A program made the translations under genes and the position numbers. From Thermoplasmata archaeon (lineage in GTDB: Archaea > Thermoplasmatota > Thermoplasmata > UBA10834), in NCBI GenBank assembly GCA_021789945.1, contig JAJYIS010000001.1, positions 13,476 through 77,475 of the forward strand: 64,000 bases of DNA. The letters are read 5' to 3'. Each line of letters begins with the position of its first letter. Positions within the stretch are counted from its first letter, which is position 1. Of this stretch, positions 9,211-17,916 are shown one piece after another. The notes below the pieces were generated by a model, which saw nothing but the letters and a program-made list of their open reading frames with translations, made no database searches and was not told the origin of the DNA.

Positions 9211-10653
9211 ATGCCCAAGGCGACCATGTCGGTGCTGTCCAAGAACGAGGCTGAGATGGTTCACGCGACTTCTTTGAGGATGCTCTCGGAGATCGGGTAC
9301 AAGGTCGATAGCCCGAAGGTCCGACGGATGCTCGCCGCGGCAGGCATAAGGGTCGACGACGGCAGGCAGCTCGTATTCCTGGACGAATCGACCATAGACG
9401 AGGCGTTGAGGACAGCCCCGAAGTCGATCAGGATCTGCTCGAGAGGCGGCAAGGACTACACGATCCCGGACGACGGGGTCCAGCTCGTCTCCACGGACGG
9501 ACAGCCTGCCGCGATCTTCGACGTCAGCACCGGCAAGAAGAGGCCGTCGACACTCAAGGACGCGACCGAGCTCGCGATACTTGCGGACGCGCTTCCGGAG
9601 GTGGACTTCATCTGGCCCCCGGTCGTCGCGACGGACATGCCCTCGGACAAGTCGTCATACTACGAGTTCCTGACGACCATCGCCCACAGCAGCAAGCACA
9701 TCCAGCACGCCGCCGCGAACGAGGACGAGGCGAACTTCCAGATAGACATCGCATCTGCCATCCTCGGATCGAGGGAGGAGCTGAGGAAGAGGCCGATCAT
9801 CTCAGACGTCGTCACACCGATCTCGCCGATGAGATACGACGAAGGCGGGGTGGAGGGCTTGGTCACGCTCGCGAAGGCTGGTGTCCCCCTGGTCCAGCTG
9901 TCCATGGGCATCGCGGGGTCGGTGACGCCGGTCTCCATCGCTGGCACCCTCGCCGTGATTAACGCTGAGAACCTGTGCGGCCTCACGATTTCGCAGATCG
10001 CCAACCCTGGCGCGCCCTCGATATACTCGTCTTTCTCGGGCGTCACGGACCTGAAGTCGGGAGTCTTCCTCTGCGGCACGCCTGAGGGGATTCTCATCGA
10101 CTCCGCAGGCCTCGAGATGGCACACAGGTACCGTCTCCCGACCTGTGTCGGGGGACCGGCGAACGCTTCGAGGACGCTCTCCGTGGAAGCCGGATACCAG
10201 TCGGCCATGACGGCGATAGCATCGGTCCTCATGGGCTCGGACATGATGGTCGGGATGGGAGGCCTTGACAGGGATTCGATGATCTCGCCCGAGAAGCTCG
10301 TGCTGGACAACGAGATCTGGAGATGGATGGAGCGCCTGAGGAGGGGCATCGATGTCAGCTCAGGCACCTTGGGCTTCGATGCCATGAAGAGACAGGGGCC
10401 TGGAGGGACCTTCCTCTCGGATCCCAGCACGCTCAAGCTCATGCGCCAGGAGCTGATGATACCGCAGGTCACGGGATATCATCTCCCGGGTGAGCCCGAC
10501 CACTCGCTCGACGACCTCGTCGAGTTCGCAAAGAGGAGGACGAAGGAGATCCTGAAGACCCACAAGCCGCCGCTCGTTGACAAGGCAACAGCGGAGAAGC
10601 TGGAGTCCGTCGCGAAGAAGTACGGGATCGCATACAAGGTCCCGCACACCTGA
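9211..10653 (+). CDS. mttB: Trimethylamine methyltransferase (MttB) family protein, non-pyrrolysine type
   Basis: MttB-like sequence throughout (HATSLRMLSEIG, SKHIQ, SPMRYD, PVSIAGTLA..NAENL, EKLVLDNEI). No in-frame TAG; the Pyl-equivalent segment reads CVGGP-A-NASR. Confidence 0.88.
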   Translation: MPKATMSVLSKNEAEMVHATSLRMLSEIGYKVDSPKVRRMLAAAGIRVDDGRQLVFLDESTIDEALRTAPKSIRICSRGGKDYTIPDDGVQLVSTDGQPAAIFDVSTGKKRPSTLKDATELAILADALPEVDFIWPPVVATDMPSDKSSYYEFLTTIAHSSKHIQHAAANEDEANFQIDIASAILGSREELRKRPIISDVVTPISPMRYDEGGVEGLVTLAKAGVPLVQLSMGIAGSVTPVSIAGTLAVINAENLCGLTISQIANPGAPSIYSSFSGVTDLKSGVFLCGTPEGILIDSAGLEMAHRYRLPTCVGGPANASRTLSVEAGYQSAMTAIASVLMGSDMMVGMGGLDRDSMISPEKLVLDNEIWRWMERLRRGIDVSSGTLGFDAMKRQGPGGTFLSDPSTLKLMRQELMIPQVTGYHLPGEPDHSLDDLVEFAKRRTKEILKTHKPPLVDKATAEKLESVAKKYGIAYKVPHT

Positions 10654-10659
10654 GACGGC

Positions 10660-12351
10660 TCAGACCCTTCGCTTGAACAGCCTCTCGAGGTCCGCAGGAG
10701 AGAGGACTATCATCGTCGGTCGGCCATGCTCGCAGGTGTAGGGGTTCTCCGTCCTCATGAGGTCCGCCAAGAGCTGCCTAATCTGACCCTGGGTGAGCGA
10801 ATCGCCGGCTCGAACTGCCGTATGGCACGCAACCCTCCATATGACGTCCAGGCCGAGCTTCCTGGGCTCTGACATCTGAGCGAGGTCGCTAAGGATGTTC
10901 CTCAGGGCCGACTCGCCCTGAGCGACGCCGAGAACCGTCGGGATCGAGCGGACGGCGAAGGCCGACTTGCCGAACGGCTCGAGCCCGAAGCCCGCCTTCT
11001 CTAGCATCTCCCGGTTCTCCTCGTAGACCTTCCGTTCGGATGACGCAAGGTGCAGGACCAGAGGGGTGAGCAGCTGCTGCGAGACCTCGTTCCCGGTCTC
11101 GATCGCTCCAAGAATCGTCTCGTACACGACCCTCTCCGATGCCGCATGCTGGTCGACCAGGATCAGGTTGCCCTTGGACTCTGCAAGGATGTAGGTGTAC
11201 ATCACCTGGCCCAGGGCGACGATCACCGCGTGCTCGTGCCCCTTCTCCGGGCCGACCTCGAGGACCGCCTGCGCGGGCCCTGGCTTTCCAGCCTCTGGAA
11301 TCGCCGACGCCGGCTGGAAGGACTCCGAGAACTTGGTCAGGTCGTACTTGAAGGAAAGATCGGGCCCCTCGAGCGCGCTCTGGACCGATCTGGAGACCAC
11401 CTCGAGCACCTTGCCCTCGTCATCGAACCTCACCTCGCGCTTCGACGGATGCACGTTGACATCCACTCCCGAACTCTCGAAGAACAGCCTCAGGACTCCC
11501 ACAGGGTACCTGTCCTTCATCAGTCGGGAGCCGTAGGCGCCCACTACGGCCGACACCAGCCTCGGGCTCTTCACCGGGCGGTCCTTGACCAGGAGCTTGA
11601 TCTCCGCGGGAGAGCCTCGCGTGTGCTCGAGCCTGCCGAGATACGCCTCCGCGCGGATCCCGTCGCTCTCCGCCTGCCCGAAAAGCATGCCCTCAGCGAC
11701 CTTGGGGCCGAACGCCGACGCCAGCGAGCCCTTCATGCCCTCGGCAGGCACATGGACAAGCTCGATCTGCCCGTCCGAGTGGAGGGAGAACGAAAGCCCG
11801 GGCCTGGACAGCGTGTAGCTCTCGGCGACATCGCGTATGTGGGTGAGCTCTATGGCCTTCGACTTCAGGCTCTTCCTCCGGGCGGGCATGTTGTAGAAGA
11901 GATCCTCGACGACTATCTCGGTGCCCGGAGCGCATCCCGCAGGCGAGGACGACATGAGCTTCCCGCCTGCGAGCACGACCTCGGTGCCTTCCGAGGCCCC
12001 GTGCTCCCTCGTCCGAAGCGTCACCTTCGCGACGGCAGCTATGGACGAGAGGGCCTCGCCCCTGAAGCCGTAGGACGAGAGCGTCTCGAGGTCGCCTATG
12101 GTGGATATCTTGCTGGTCGCGTGCCTCTGGAAGGCGAGCTCGGCGTCCTCCCTGGACATCCCGCAGCCATCATCCCTGACCAGGATGGACTTCTTCCCTC
12201 CGTCCTCGACGAACACGTCAACAGATGTCGCCCCCGAGTCCAGGGAGTTCTCGATGAGCTCCTTGACGACGGACGCTGGACGCTCGACCACCTCGCCGGC
12301 GGCGATCTTGTTTATCGTGAACTCGTCCAGGAGCCTGATCCTACTTGCCAC
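10660..12351 (-). CDS. mutL: DNA mismatch repair endonuclease MutL
   Basis: NKIAAGEVVERPASVVKELIENSLD, GFRGEAL, DQHAASERVVYE, ACH and CEHGRP motifs. Confidence 0.96.
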   Translation of the reverse strand: MASRIRLLDEFTINKIAAGEVVERPASVVKELIENSLDSGATSVDVFVEDGGKKSILVRDDGCGMSREDAELAFQRHATSKISTIGDLETLSSYGFRGEALSSIAAVAKVTLRTREHGASEGTEVVLAGGKLMSSSPAGCAPGTEIVVEDLFYNMPARRKSLKSKAIELTHIRDVAESYTLSRPGLSFSLHSDGQIELVHVPAEGMKGSLASAFGPKVAEGMLFGQAESDGIRAEAYLGRLEHTRGSPAEIKLLVKDRPVKSPRLVSAVVGAYGSRLMKDRYPVGVLRLFFESSGVDVNVHPSKREVRFDDEGKVLEVVSRSVQSALEGPDLSFKYDLTKFSESFQPASAIPEAGKPGPAQAVLEVGPEKGHEHAVIVALGQVMYTYILAESKGNLILVDQHAASERVVYETILGAIETGNEVSQQLLTPLVLHLASSERKVYEENREMLEKAGFGLEPFGKSAFAVRSIPTVLGVAQGESALRNILSDLAQMSEPRKLGLDVIWRVACHTAVRAGDSLTQGQIRQLLADLMRTENPYTCEHGRPTMIVLSPADLERLFKRRV

Positions 12352-14947
12352 GGGATCCCCCCAGCTTCCGCTTCAGCTCGTTGAGCTTGACGTACGCCTC
12401 CATCGGGGTCATATTCGCGAGGTTGAGCTTCCTCAGCTCCTCCTCCACCGAGGACTCGTTCTCGGGCGCCAGCAGCAGGGCCTGGGAATGCGTCTTCTTC
12501 CCGGCCCTCACCTCGAGCATGTTGTCCTCCTCTATGCCGTTGAGGACCTGCTCGGCCCTCGAGACCACGCCGTGCGGGACGCCCGCGAGCTTCGCGACCT
12601 GGATGCCGTAGCTCTTGCTTGCCTTCCCGGGGAGCACCTTCCTGAGGAAGACTATCTCCGAGCCCTGCTCCTTGACCGCCATCGAGTAGTTCTTGACCCC
12701 CTCGAGCGAATCCGAAAGTTCGGTGAGCTGATGGTAGTGGGTCGCGAATAGCGTCTTAGCCCCGACCTTCGAGCTGTCGTACAGGTGCTCCGACACGGCC
12801 CATGCGATCGCGAGGCCGTCGAACGTGCTCGTGCCCCTGCCGACCTCGTCGAGAAGGATGAGGCTGCGCCTGGTCGCGCTGTTCAGTATGTTCGCGAGCT
12901 CGGTCATCTCGACCATGAACGTGGACTGCCCGCGCGCGAGGTCGTCGAACGCGCCCACGCGAGTGAATATCCTGTCGACGAGCCCGATCCTCGCCTCGGA
13001 GGCGGGCACGAATGACCCTGCCTGGGCCATCAGGACGATGTCGGCGATCTGCCTAAGGTATGTGGACTTCCCAGCCATGTTCGGGCCGGTCAGGATTACC
13101 AGGCGGTTGAGGTTGGTGTCGAGGTGGGCGTCGTTCGGGACGAACGCCCCCCAGAGCACGCGCTCGACGACCGGGTGCCTCCCGTCCTTGACCATGATCG
13201 AGTCGCTCTCGTCCACGACAGGCTTGGAGTACCTGTTCGTCACCGCGGCCTCGGCGAACGAGCAGAGGACATCCATCGCAGCGACGGCCTGCGCGGCCGA
13301 GCGTATCCTTTCAGCGCTCTTCCCCAACTGGTCCCTCACGCGCACGAACGCCTCGTATTCCTGGTCGAATGAGTGCTCCTGCGCGGACAGGATCGCCCTC
13401 TCCCGCTCCTTGAGCTCGGGCATCGTGAACCTCTCTCCTGTCGTGAGGGTCTGCTTCCGCTCGTACTCGGCGGGGACCTGCTTCGCCAAGGATTTCGAGA
13501 CCTCGATGTAGTACCCGAAGACGGTGTTGTAGCCGACCTTCAGGGTCTTGAGGCCGGTCCTCTTCCTCTCGGTCTCCTCCAGCGAGGCTATCCAGTCCTG
13601 GCCCTCCTTCGCTGCCCTCCGGAGCTCGTCCAGGGAGGCGTCGAAGCCCGACTTGATCAGACCCCCCTCCTTGAGGGCGATTGGCGGGTCGTCGGCGATG
13701 GACCTCTCGAGGAGGTCCGACAGGTCCTCGAGATTGGAGAGCTTAGAGGAAAGATCCCTCAGCAGGGTCGCCTTCGAATCCCTGAGCGCGGCCTTCGCAT
13801 CCGGGATCGTCTGCAACGAGGTCTTTATCGCAAGCAGGTCCCTCGCGTTCGCGCTGCCGTAGGTCACCTTCCCCACGAGCCTCTCGAGATCCCTGACTCC
13901 GTCAAACGCGTCCGCTAGCTCGTGCCTGATGACTGTCTCCGAGACGAGCTCCTCGACAGCGTCCAGCCTCTCCTGAATCGCCCTGACGGACATCAGCGGC
14001 TCCATCAGCCACTTCTTCAGCAGCCTCGAGCCCATCGGGGTCCTTGTTCTGTCGAGCACGGATGCGAGCGTGTTCTCCGAGGTCCCGTCCCGCACGTTCC
14101 TAAGCACTTCGAGGTTCCTCAGGGTCGTCTGGTCGAGCACCAGCTTATCAGTGATGGACAGGAACTTCGGGCGTTCCAGGAAATCGAGGCTCCGCTTCTG
14201 GGTGGACTCCAGATACCTCAGCACGGCCCCCGCGCTCGAGATCGCGAGGGCCTTGTCCGCAATCCCGAGGCCCTCGAGGGACTGCACCTTGAAGTGGCGC
14301 TTGAGCGACGACTCGGCGGACTCCTTCAGGAAGGCCATGTCCTCGAGCGGGGTCATCGCGGCCCCGGACAGCGAGAAGTCCTCCTGGAGCTTCCTGGTCG
14401 AGAAGCCTTCCTGGTGCAGGACCTCCTTGGGGCTCCTCTGGGCGAACTCCGCGAGCACCTTGACGTCCGCGTCCTGGCCCTCCACCTGCGTGAGGGTGAA
14501 CTCGCCGGTCGAGACGTCCACGAAGGCCAGCCCGTAAGACCCTCCCGCCTCGGTGATGGCCATGAGATAGCTGTTCGACCGGCTGTCAAGCACGGTGCTC
14601 TCGAGCACAGTCCCAGGAGTCACGATCCGCACGACATCTCGGTCCACGAGGCCCTTCGCGAGCCTAGGGTCCTCCATCTGCTCGCAGATGGCGACCTTGA
14701 ACCCCTTGCTCAGGAGCTTGGGGAGATAGGAATCGAGCGCGTGCCATGGGACCCCGCAGAGCGGTATGCGCTCCTTCTTGCCCCTCTCCCGCGAGGTGAG
14801 CGTGATCTCCAGCACCTTCGAGCCGACGAGGGCGTCCTCGCCGAACATCTCGTAGAAGTCGCCCATGCGGTAGAGCAGGATGCAGTCCTTGTACTGCTCC
14901 TTGATGCGGAAGTACTGCTCCATCATCGGCGTGGCTGAACGTCCCAC
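12341..14947 (-). CDS. mutS: DNA mismatch repair protein MutS
   Basis: TPMMEQY, RMGDFYE, GPNMAGKSTY, STFMVEM, DEVGRGTST and SYGIQVA motifs; overlaps the mutL start by 11 nt. Confidence 0.97.
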   Translation of the reverse strand: MGRSATPMMEQYFRIKEQYKDCILLYRMGDFYEMFGEDALVGSKVLEITLTSRERGKKERIPLCGVPWHALDSYLPKLLSKGFKVAICEQMEDPRLAKGLVDRDVVRIVTPGTVLESTVLDSRSNSYLMAITEAGGSYGLAFVDVSTGEFTLTQVEGQDADVKVLAEFAQRSPKEVLHQEGFSTRKLQEDFSLSGAAMTPLEDMAFLKESAESSLKRHFKVQSLEGLGIADKALAISSAGAVLRYLESTQKRSLDFLERPKFLSITDKLVLDQTTLRNLEVLRNVRDGTSENTLASVLDRTRTPMGSRLLKKWLMEPLMSVRAIQERLDAVEELVSETVIRHELADAFDGVRDLERLVGKVTYGSANARDLLAIKTSLQTIPDAKAALRDSKATLLRDLSSKLSNLEDLSDLLERSIADDPPIALKEGGLIKSGFDASLDELRRAAKEGQDWIASLEETERKRTGLKTLKVGYNTVFGYYIEVSKSLAKQVPAEYERKQTLTTGERFTMPELKERERAILSAQEHSFDQEYEAFVRVRDQLGKSAERIRSAAQAVAAMDVLCSFAEAAVTNRYSKPVVDESDSIMVKDGRHPVVERVLWGAFVPNDAHLDTNLNRLVILTGPNMAGKSTYLRQIADIVLMAQAGSFVPASEARIGLVDRIFTRVGAFDDLARGQSTFMVEMTELANILNSATRRSLILLDEVGRGTSTFDGLAIAWAVSEHLYDSSKVGAKTLFATHYHQLTELSDSLEGVKNYSMAVKEQGSEIVFLRKVLPGKASKSYGIQVAKLAGVPHGVVSRAEQVLNGIEEDNMLEVRAGKKTHSQALLLAPENESSVEEELRKLNLANMTPMEAYVKLNELKRKLGGSRGK

Positions 14948-15083
14948 TGCCTTGCTCCCCCGACATAAAGACAGGGACTTGCGTATTTCTAATTATTGCA
15001 GAGGTATCCGGATGTTAGCCCTCGACCGGCTGGGATACGTTTTTGCCCAACGAATGAATATGGCTTGAGGAGGGGAATCGAAC

Positions 15084-15503
15084 TTGAAGAAAGCGACCCG
15101 ACTGCACGTGTTCACGGATGCCGCCGCTAGAGGCAACCCCGGCCCGGCGGCGATCAGCTACACTATCTACGATGAGGACGGGAACGTGGTCGAATCCGAT
15201 GCCAGGAGGATCGAGAGCACGACCAACAACGTGGCCGAGTACCAGGCGCTCGTGTGGGCGATGGAGCGGACGAGCTCGCACACCGAAGCCGATGCGATCT
15301 TCTACTCCGACAGCGAGCTGATGGTGAACCAGATAAGGGGCGATTACAGGGTCAGGAACGAGAGGATCGGAGTATTGTTTGACAAGGTCGTCAAGCTCAG
15401 GAGCAGGTTCAACTACTCCACCTTCCTCCACCGTCCCAGGGAGGACCCGCGCATATCCCTCGAGGATGACAAGGTCAACGCCGTCCTGGACGGGAAATGG
15501 TAG
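15084..15503 (+). CDS. rnhA: Ribonuclease HI family protein
   Basis: FTDAAARGNPGP, TTNNVAEY and YSDSELMVNQ catalytic motifs. Confidence 0.88.
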   Translation: MKKATRLHVFTDAAARGNPGPAAISYTIYDEDGNVVESDARRIESTTNNVAEYQALVWAMERTSSHTEADAIFYSDSELMVNQIRGDYRVRNERIGVLFDKVVKLRSRFNYSTFLHRPREDPRISLEDDKVNAVLDGKW

Positions 15504-15508
15504 AGAAG

Positions 15509-15601
15509 TAGCCCCGGGAGGATTCGAACCTCCGTCGCAAGATCTCTCCTTGCGAGAAGCAATCCAGAGTCTCGCATGATTGACCGCTACACTACGGGGC
15601 T
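15509..15601 (-). tRNA. tRNA-Gln(CTG) with a 20-nt intron at 37/38 (intron 15544-15563)
   Basis: Acceptor AGCCCCG/CGGGGCT, anticodon arm CGAGA-CTCTGG[intron]A-TCTTG, T arm GGAGG-TTCGAAT-CCTCC; canonical bulge-helix-bulge. Confidence 0.95.
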
Positions 15602-15727
15602 TTAAAGCTACAATGTGGCTATTCCGGTACTGATATTTAAGAAGTTAGAGCGCGCGGCCCGAAGGCATGACATGGCAGCGTGACGCCAGATTCATATCCC
15701 CGCCAACCGCTGCGATAGCGGTCTGGT

Positions 15728-16480
15728 ATGAATCACAAGCAGCGGGTGGAGGCGGCCCAGCATGTATCGTCGGCTCTGCTGAAACGGTACCCTGACGATA
15801 TAATCGCGGTCGGGGTGCTGGGTTCAGTCGCCCGGCGGGAGGACCGGGAGCACTCTGACATAGATTTGCACGTGATCGTCAAGGAAGGCGCCAGCCTGGC
15901 CTCCCATTTCTTCGTCCTCGACGGATGCTACTTCTCAGTCTCCGTGAAGACGGAGAAGGCCTGGATTGCCGACCTTACGAGGCCCAAGAGCGGGCTATGT
16001 CTGACGGCAGAAGCGTTCGGGAGCGTACTCGTCCTCCACGATCCGACAGGGGCCTTCAAGAAGCTCCGGGCACTGGCGGAGGCGCTGCCGGACGAGGCCT
16101 GGAAGTCTGCCATCCGGGACGGGCTGGCCGGGATGGTCGAAGACCTCGGCAGGGTCCGGAACCTCTACGCCGAGGGTGACTGGGTGAGCTTCAGGCTGTT
16201 CTCGGTGATAGTGGCGGCCGGCGCGGCAACGGTTTATGGCGACCTGACCAGGCAGATGCTCAGGACCGAGAAGGAGCTCAACGCCGTCTTCGAGAAGCGC
16301 GGGGGGCCCAGGAGTGAAGCCGCGAGGAAGTACCTCGTGGCAGCAAGGCTGGTCGAGGCCTCTGACAAGGAAACGATGGCCGCGCTGGATTGGCTCTTCG
16401 AGTTCCTCACCCAGGAGGCGAGGAGGGAGGACGCGCTTCCGCAGACATACAAGTCGGCGAAGGAGTACCAGCCGCCTTGA
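15728..16480 (+). CDS. Nucleotidyltransferase resembling kanamycin nucleotidyltransferase (ANT(4')/KNTase fold)
   Basis: GVLGSVARREDREHSDID Pol-beta motif; 250 aa with a helical C-domain like KNTase. Confidence 0.7.
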   Translation: MNHKQRVEAAQHVSSALLKRYPDDIIAVGVLGSVARREDREHSDIDLHVIVKEGASLASHFFVLDGCYFSVSVKTEKAWIADLTRPKSGLCLTAEAFGSVLVLHDPTGAFKKLRALAEALPDEAWKSAIRDGLAGMVEDLGRVRNLYAEGDWVSFRLFSVIVAAGAATVYGDLTRQMLRTEKELNAVFEKRGGPRSEAARKYLVAARLVEASDKETMAALDWLFEFLTQEARREDALPQTYKSAKEYQPP

Positions 16481-16495
16481 GAGGGCCCGTCAAGA

Positions 16496-17134
16496 TCACG
16501 CCTTGATCCTGGATATCGCCCTGATCATCTGCTCGAACACGCCGTCGATGCCGAGCGAGCCGTCGATGTCCATGAGCTTGCCCTTCTTGCGGTAGTACTC
16601 GACCAGCGGGGCCGTCTGGTCCTGGTACACCTTCAGGCGCTTCCGCACGGTCTCCTCCTTGTCGTCGTCACGCTGGATGAGCTGCGTGCCGCACTTGTCG
16701 CACTTCCCGGGGGCGTTGGGAGGGTTGTTGAGAATGTGATAGACGGACGCGTCCTTGGGGCATATCCTCCGGCCGACCGCGCGCTCGACTAGCAACTCCG
16801 TATCGACCCCTATGTTCAGGACCAGGTCGATGTCCGTTATCTTCTCGAGCTCCTTCGCCTGGTTCATGGTCCTGGGGAAGCCGTCGAGGAGGTAGCCGTT
16901 CGCGCAGTCCGGCTGCGAGACCCGGTCCTTAATTATCTGCACGATGAGGTCGTCGGGACCGAGCTTGCCCGCGTCTAGGATCTCCTTCACCTTGAGCCCG
17001 ATGGGAGTCTTCTTCGCGACGTGCTCCCTGAGCAGGTCGCCAGTCGCGATCTGCGGAATCCCATACTTCTGCGACAGTCTCTGCGCCTGTGTCCCCTTGC
17101 CGGCGCTCGGAGGGCCGAATATGACCAGCTTCAT
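16496..17134 (-). CDS. adk: Adenylate kinase, bacterial type with Zn-LID
   Basis: GPPSAGKGTQA, ATGDLLR, LLDGFPRT, LID CPKD...CDKC and QRDDD motifs. Confidence 0.95.
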   Translation of the reverse strand: MKLVIFGPPSAGKGTQAQRLSQKYGIPQIATGDLLREHVAKKTPIGLKVKEILDAGKLGPDDLIVQIIKDRVSQPDCANGYLLDGFPRTMNQAKELEKITDIDLVLNIGVDTELLVERAVGRRICPKDASVYHILNNPPNAPGKCDKCGTQLIQRDDDKEETVRKRLKVYQDQTAPLVEYYRKKGKLMDIDGSLGIDGVFEQMIRAISRIKA

Positions 17135-17280
17135 GCGTATGACCGACCGATGCATTAGGGACGGGATACTTATTCGTTGCCGAATGTTCTGGCGATATGC
17201 TTCCGAAGAACAACACTATGGAAAGGAGTTTGAAGGGGCCCCCAGGGCCCCTTGGTGGGCGCATGTTCCTGTGATCACGC

Positions 17281-17622
17281 CTATCTCTTCGGCTTCTTGG
17301 GCTCTATCGTCACCCAGTCATCTGCCTCTCTCAGGACCATGGTTTCGAAGTTGCCTGGTAGAATGAAATCCATGAACTCTGCGTTCAGACGATCTGCCAC
17401 TGGATGCGTGTATTCCCGCATCCTGTCGAGGTCAGCGAATTCCTTGAACTCATAGATCTGAGTCACATCGTGCTTGCCCAGACCCATGGTGGGGCCAAAT
17501 ATGCCTACGAAGTTCCAGCCCTCCGGAACGTACTTCGCGAGGTCCGCTCTGTTCTTCTTGTACCACTTCTTGAACTCGGTGTCCCTGCCTTCTTTCATGT
17601 TCATGCTCATAATGTGATACAT
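17281..17622 (-). CDS. Hypothetical protein (possible dimeric alpha/beta-barrel, NIPSNAP-like)
   Basis: 113-aa ORF with a purine-rich SD and an upstream TTATAT box; fold assignment is a guess. Confidence 0.6.
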   Translation of the reverse strand: MYHIMSMNMKEGRDTEFKKWYKKNRADLAKYVPEGWNFVGIFGPTMGLGKHDVTQIYEFKEFADLDRMREYTHPVADRLNAEFMDFILPGNFETMVLREADDWVTIEPKKPKR

Positions 17623-17916
17623 TCCTCATTCCTCCATTCTCCTCCTCTTGGCCCCGGACCCTCCGGGGCCGAAGGGATTGACGAAGTGATCCCTCAGGTC
17701 GCCAAATTCCCCCTTCACATATAACGTGGCGGTGTCGCTATTTCAAAGCTGTCAATCGGCTCTTGCCGATGGTGCCCCGACTCGACAGGGGCAGACGAGA
17801 TGGGATCTCCCGGGGAAGATCTGTCATGAGACCATGCGACTGGCCCGATGTAGTCGGAGGGCGGGGCGCGGCAAAACTAATTTATGCGAAGGGCGGCATT
17901 TGCTCCAGGAGCAACC

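Noticed and set aside
9211-10653. Pyrrolysine (TAG) read-through in MttB
   Set aside because: The ORF has no in-frame TAG; no pyl genes or tRNA-Pyl are seen
17856-17880. AGGGCGGGGCG resembling the start of an FMN riboswitch
   Set aside because: The following conserved elements (AAATTCCC.ACCG, AGTCCGGATG) are absent
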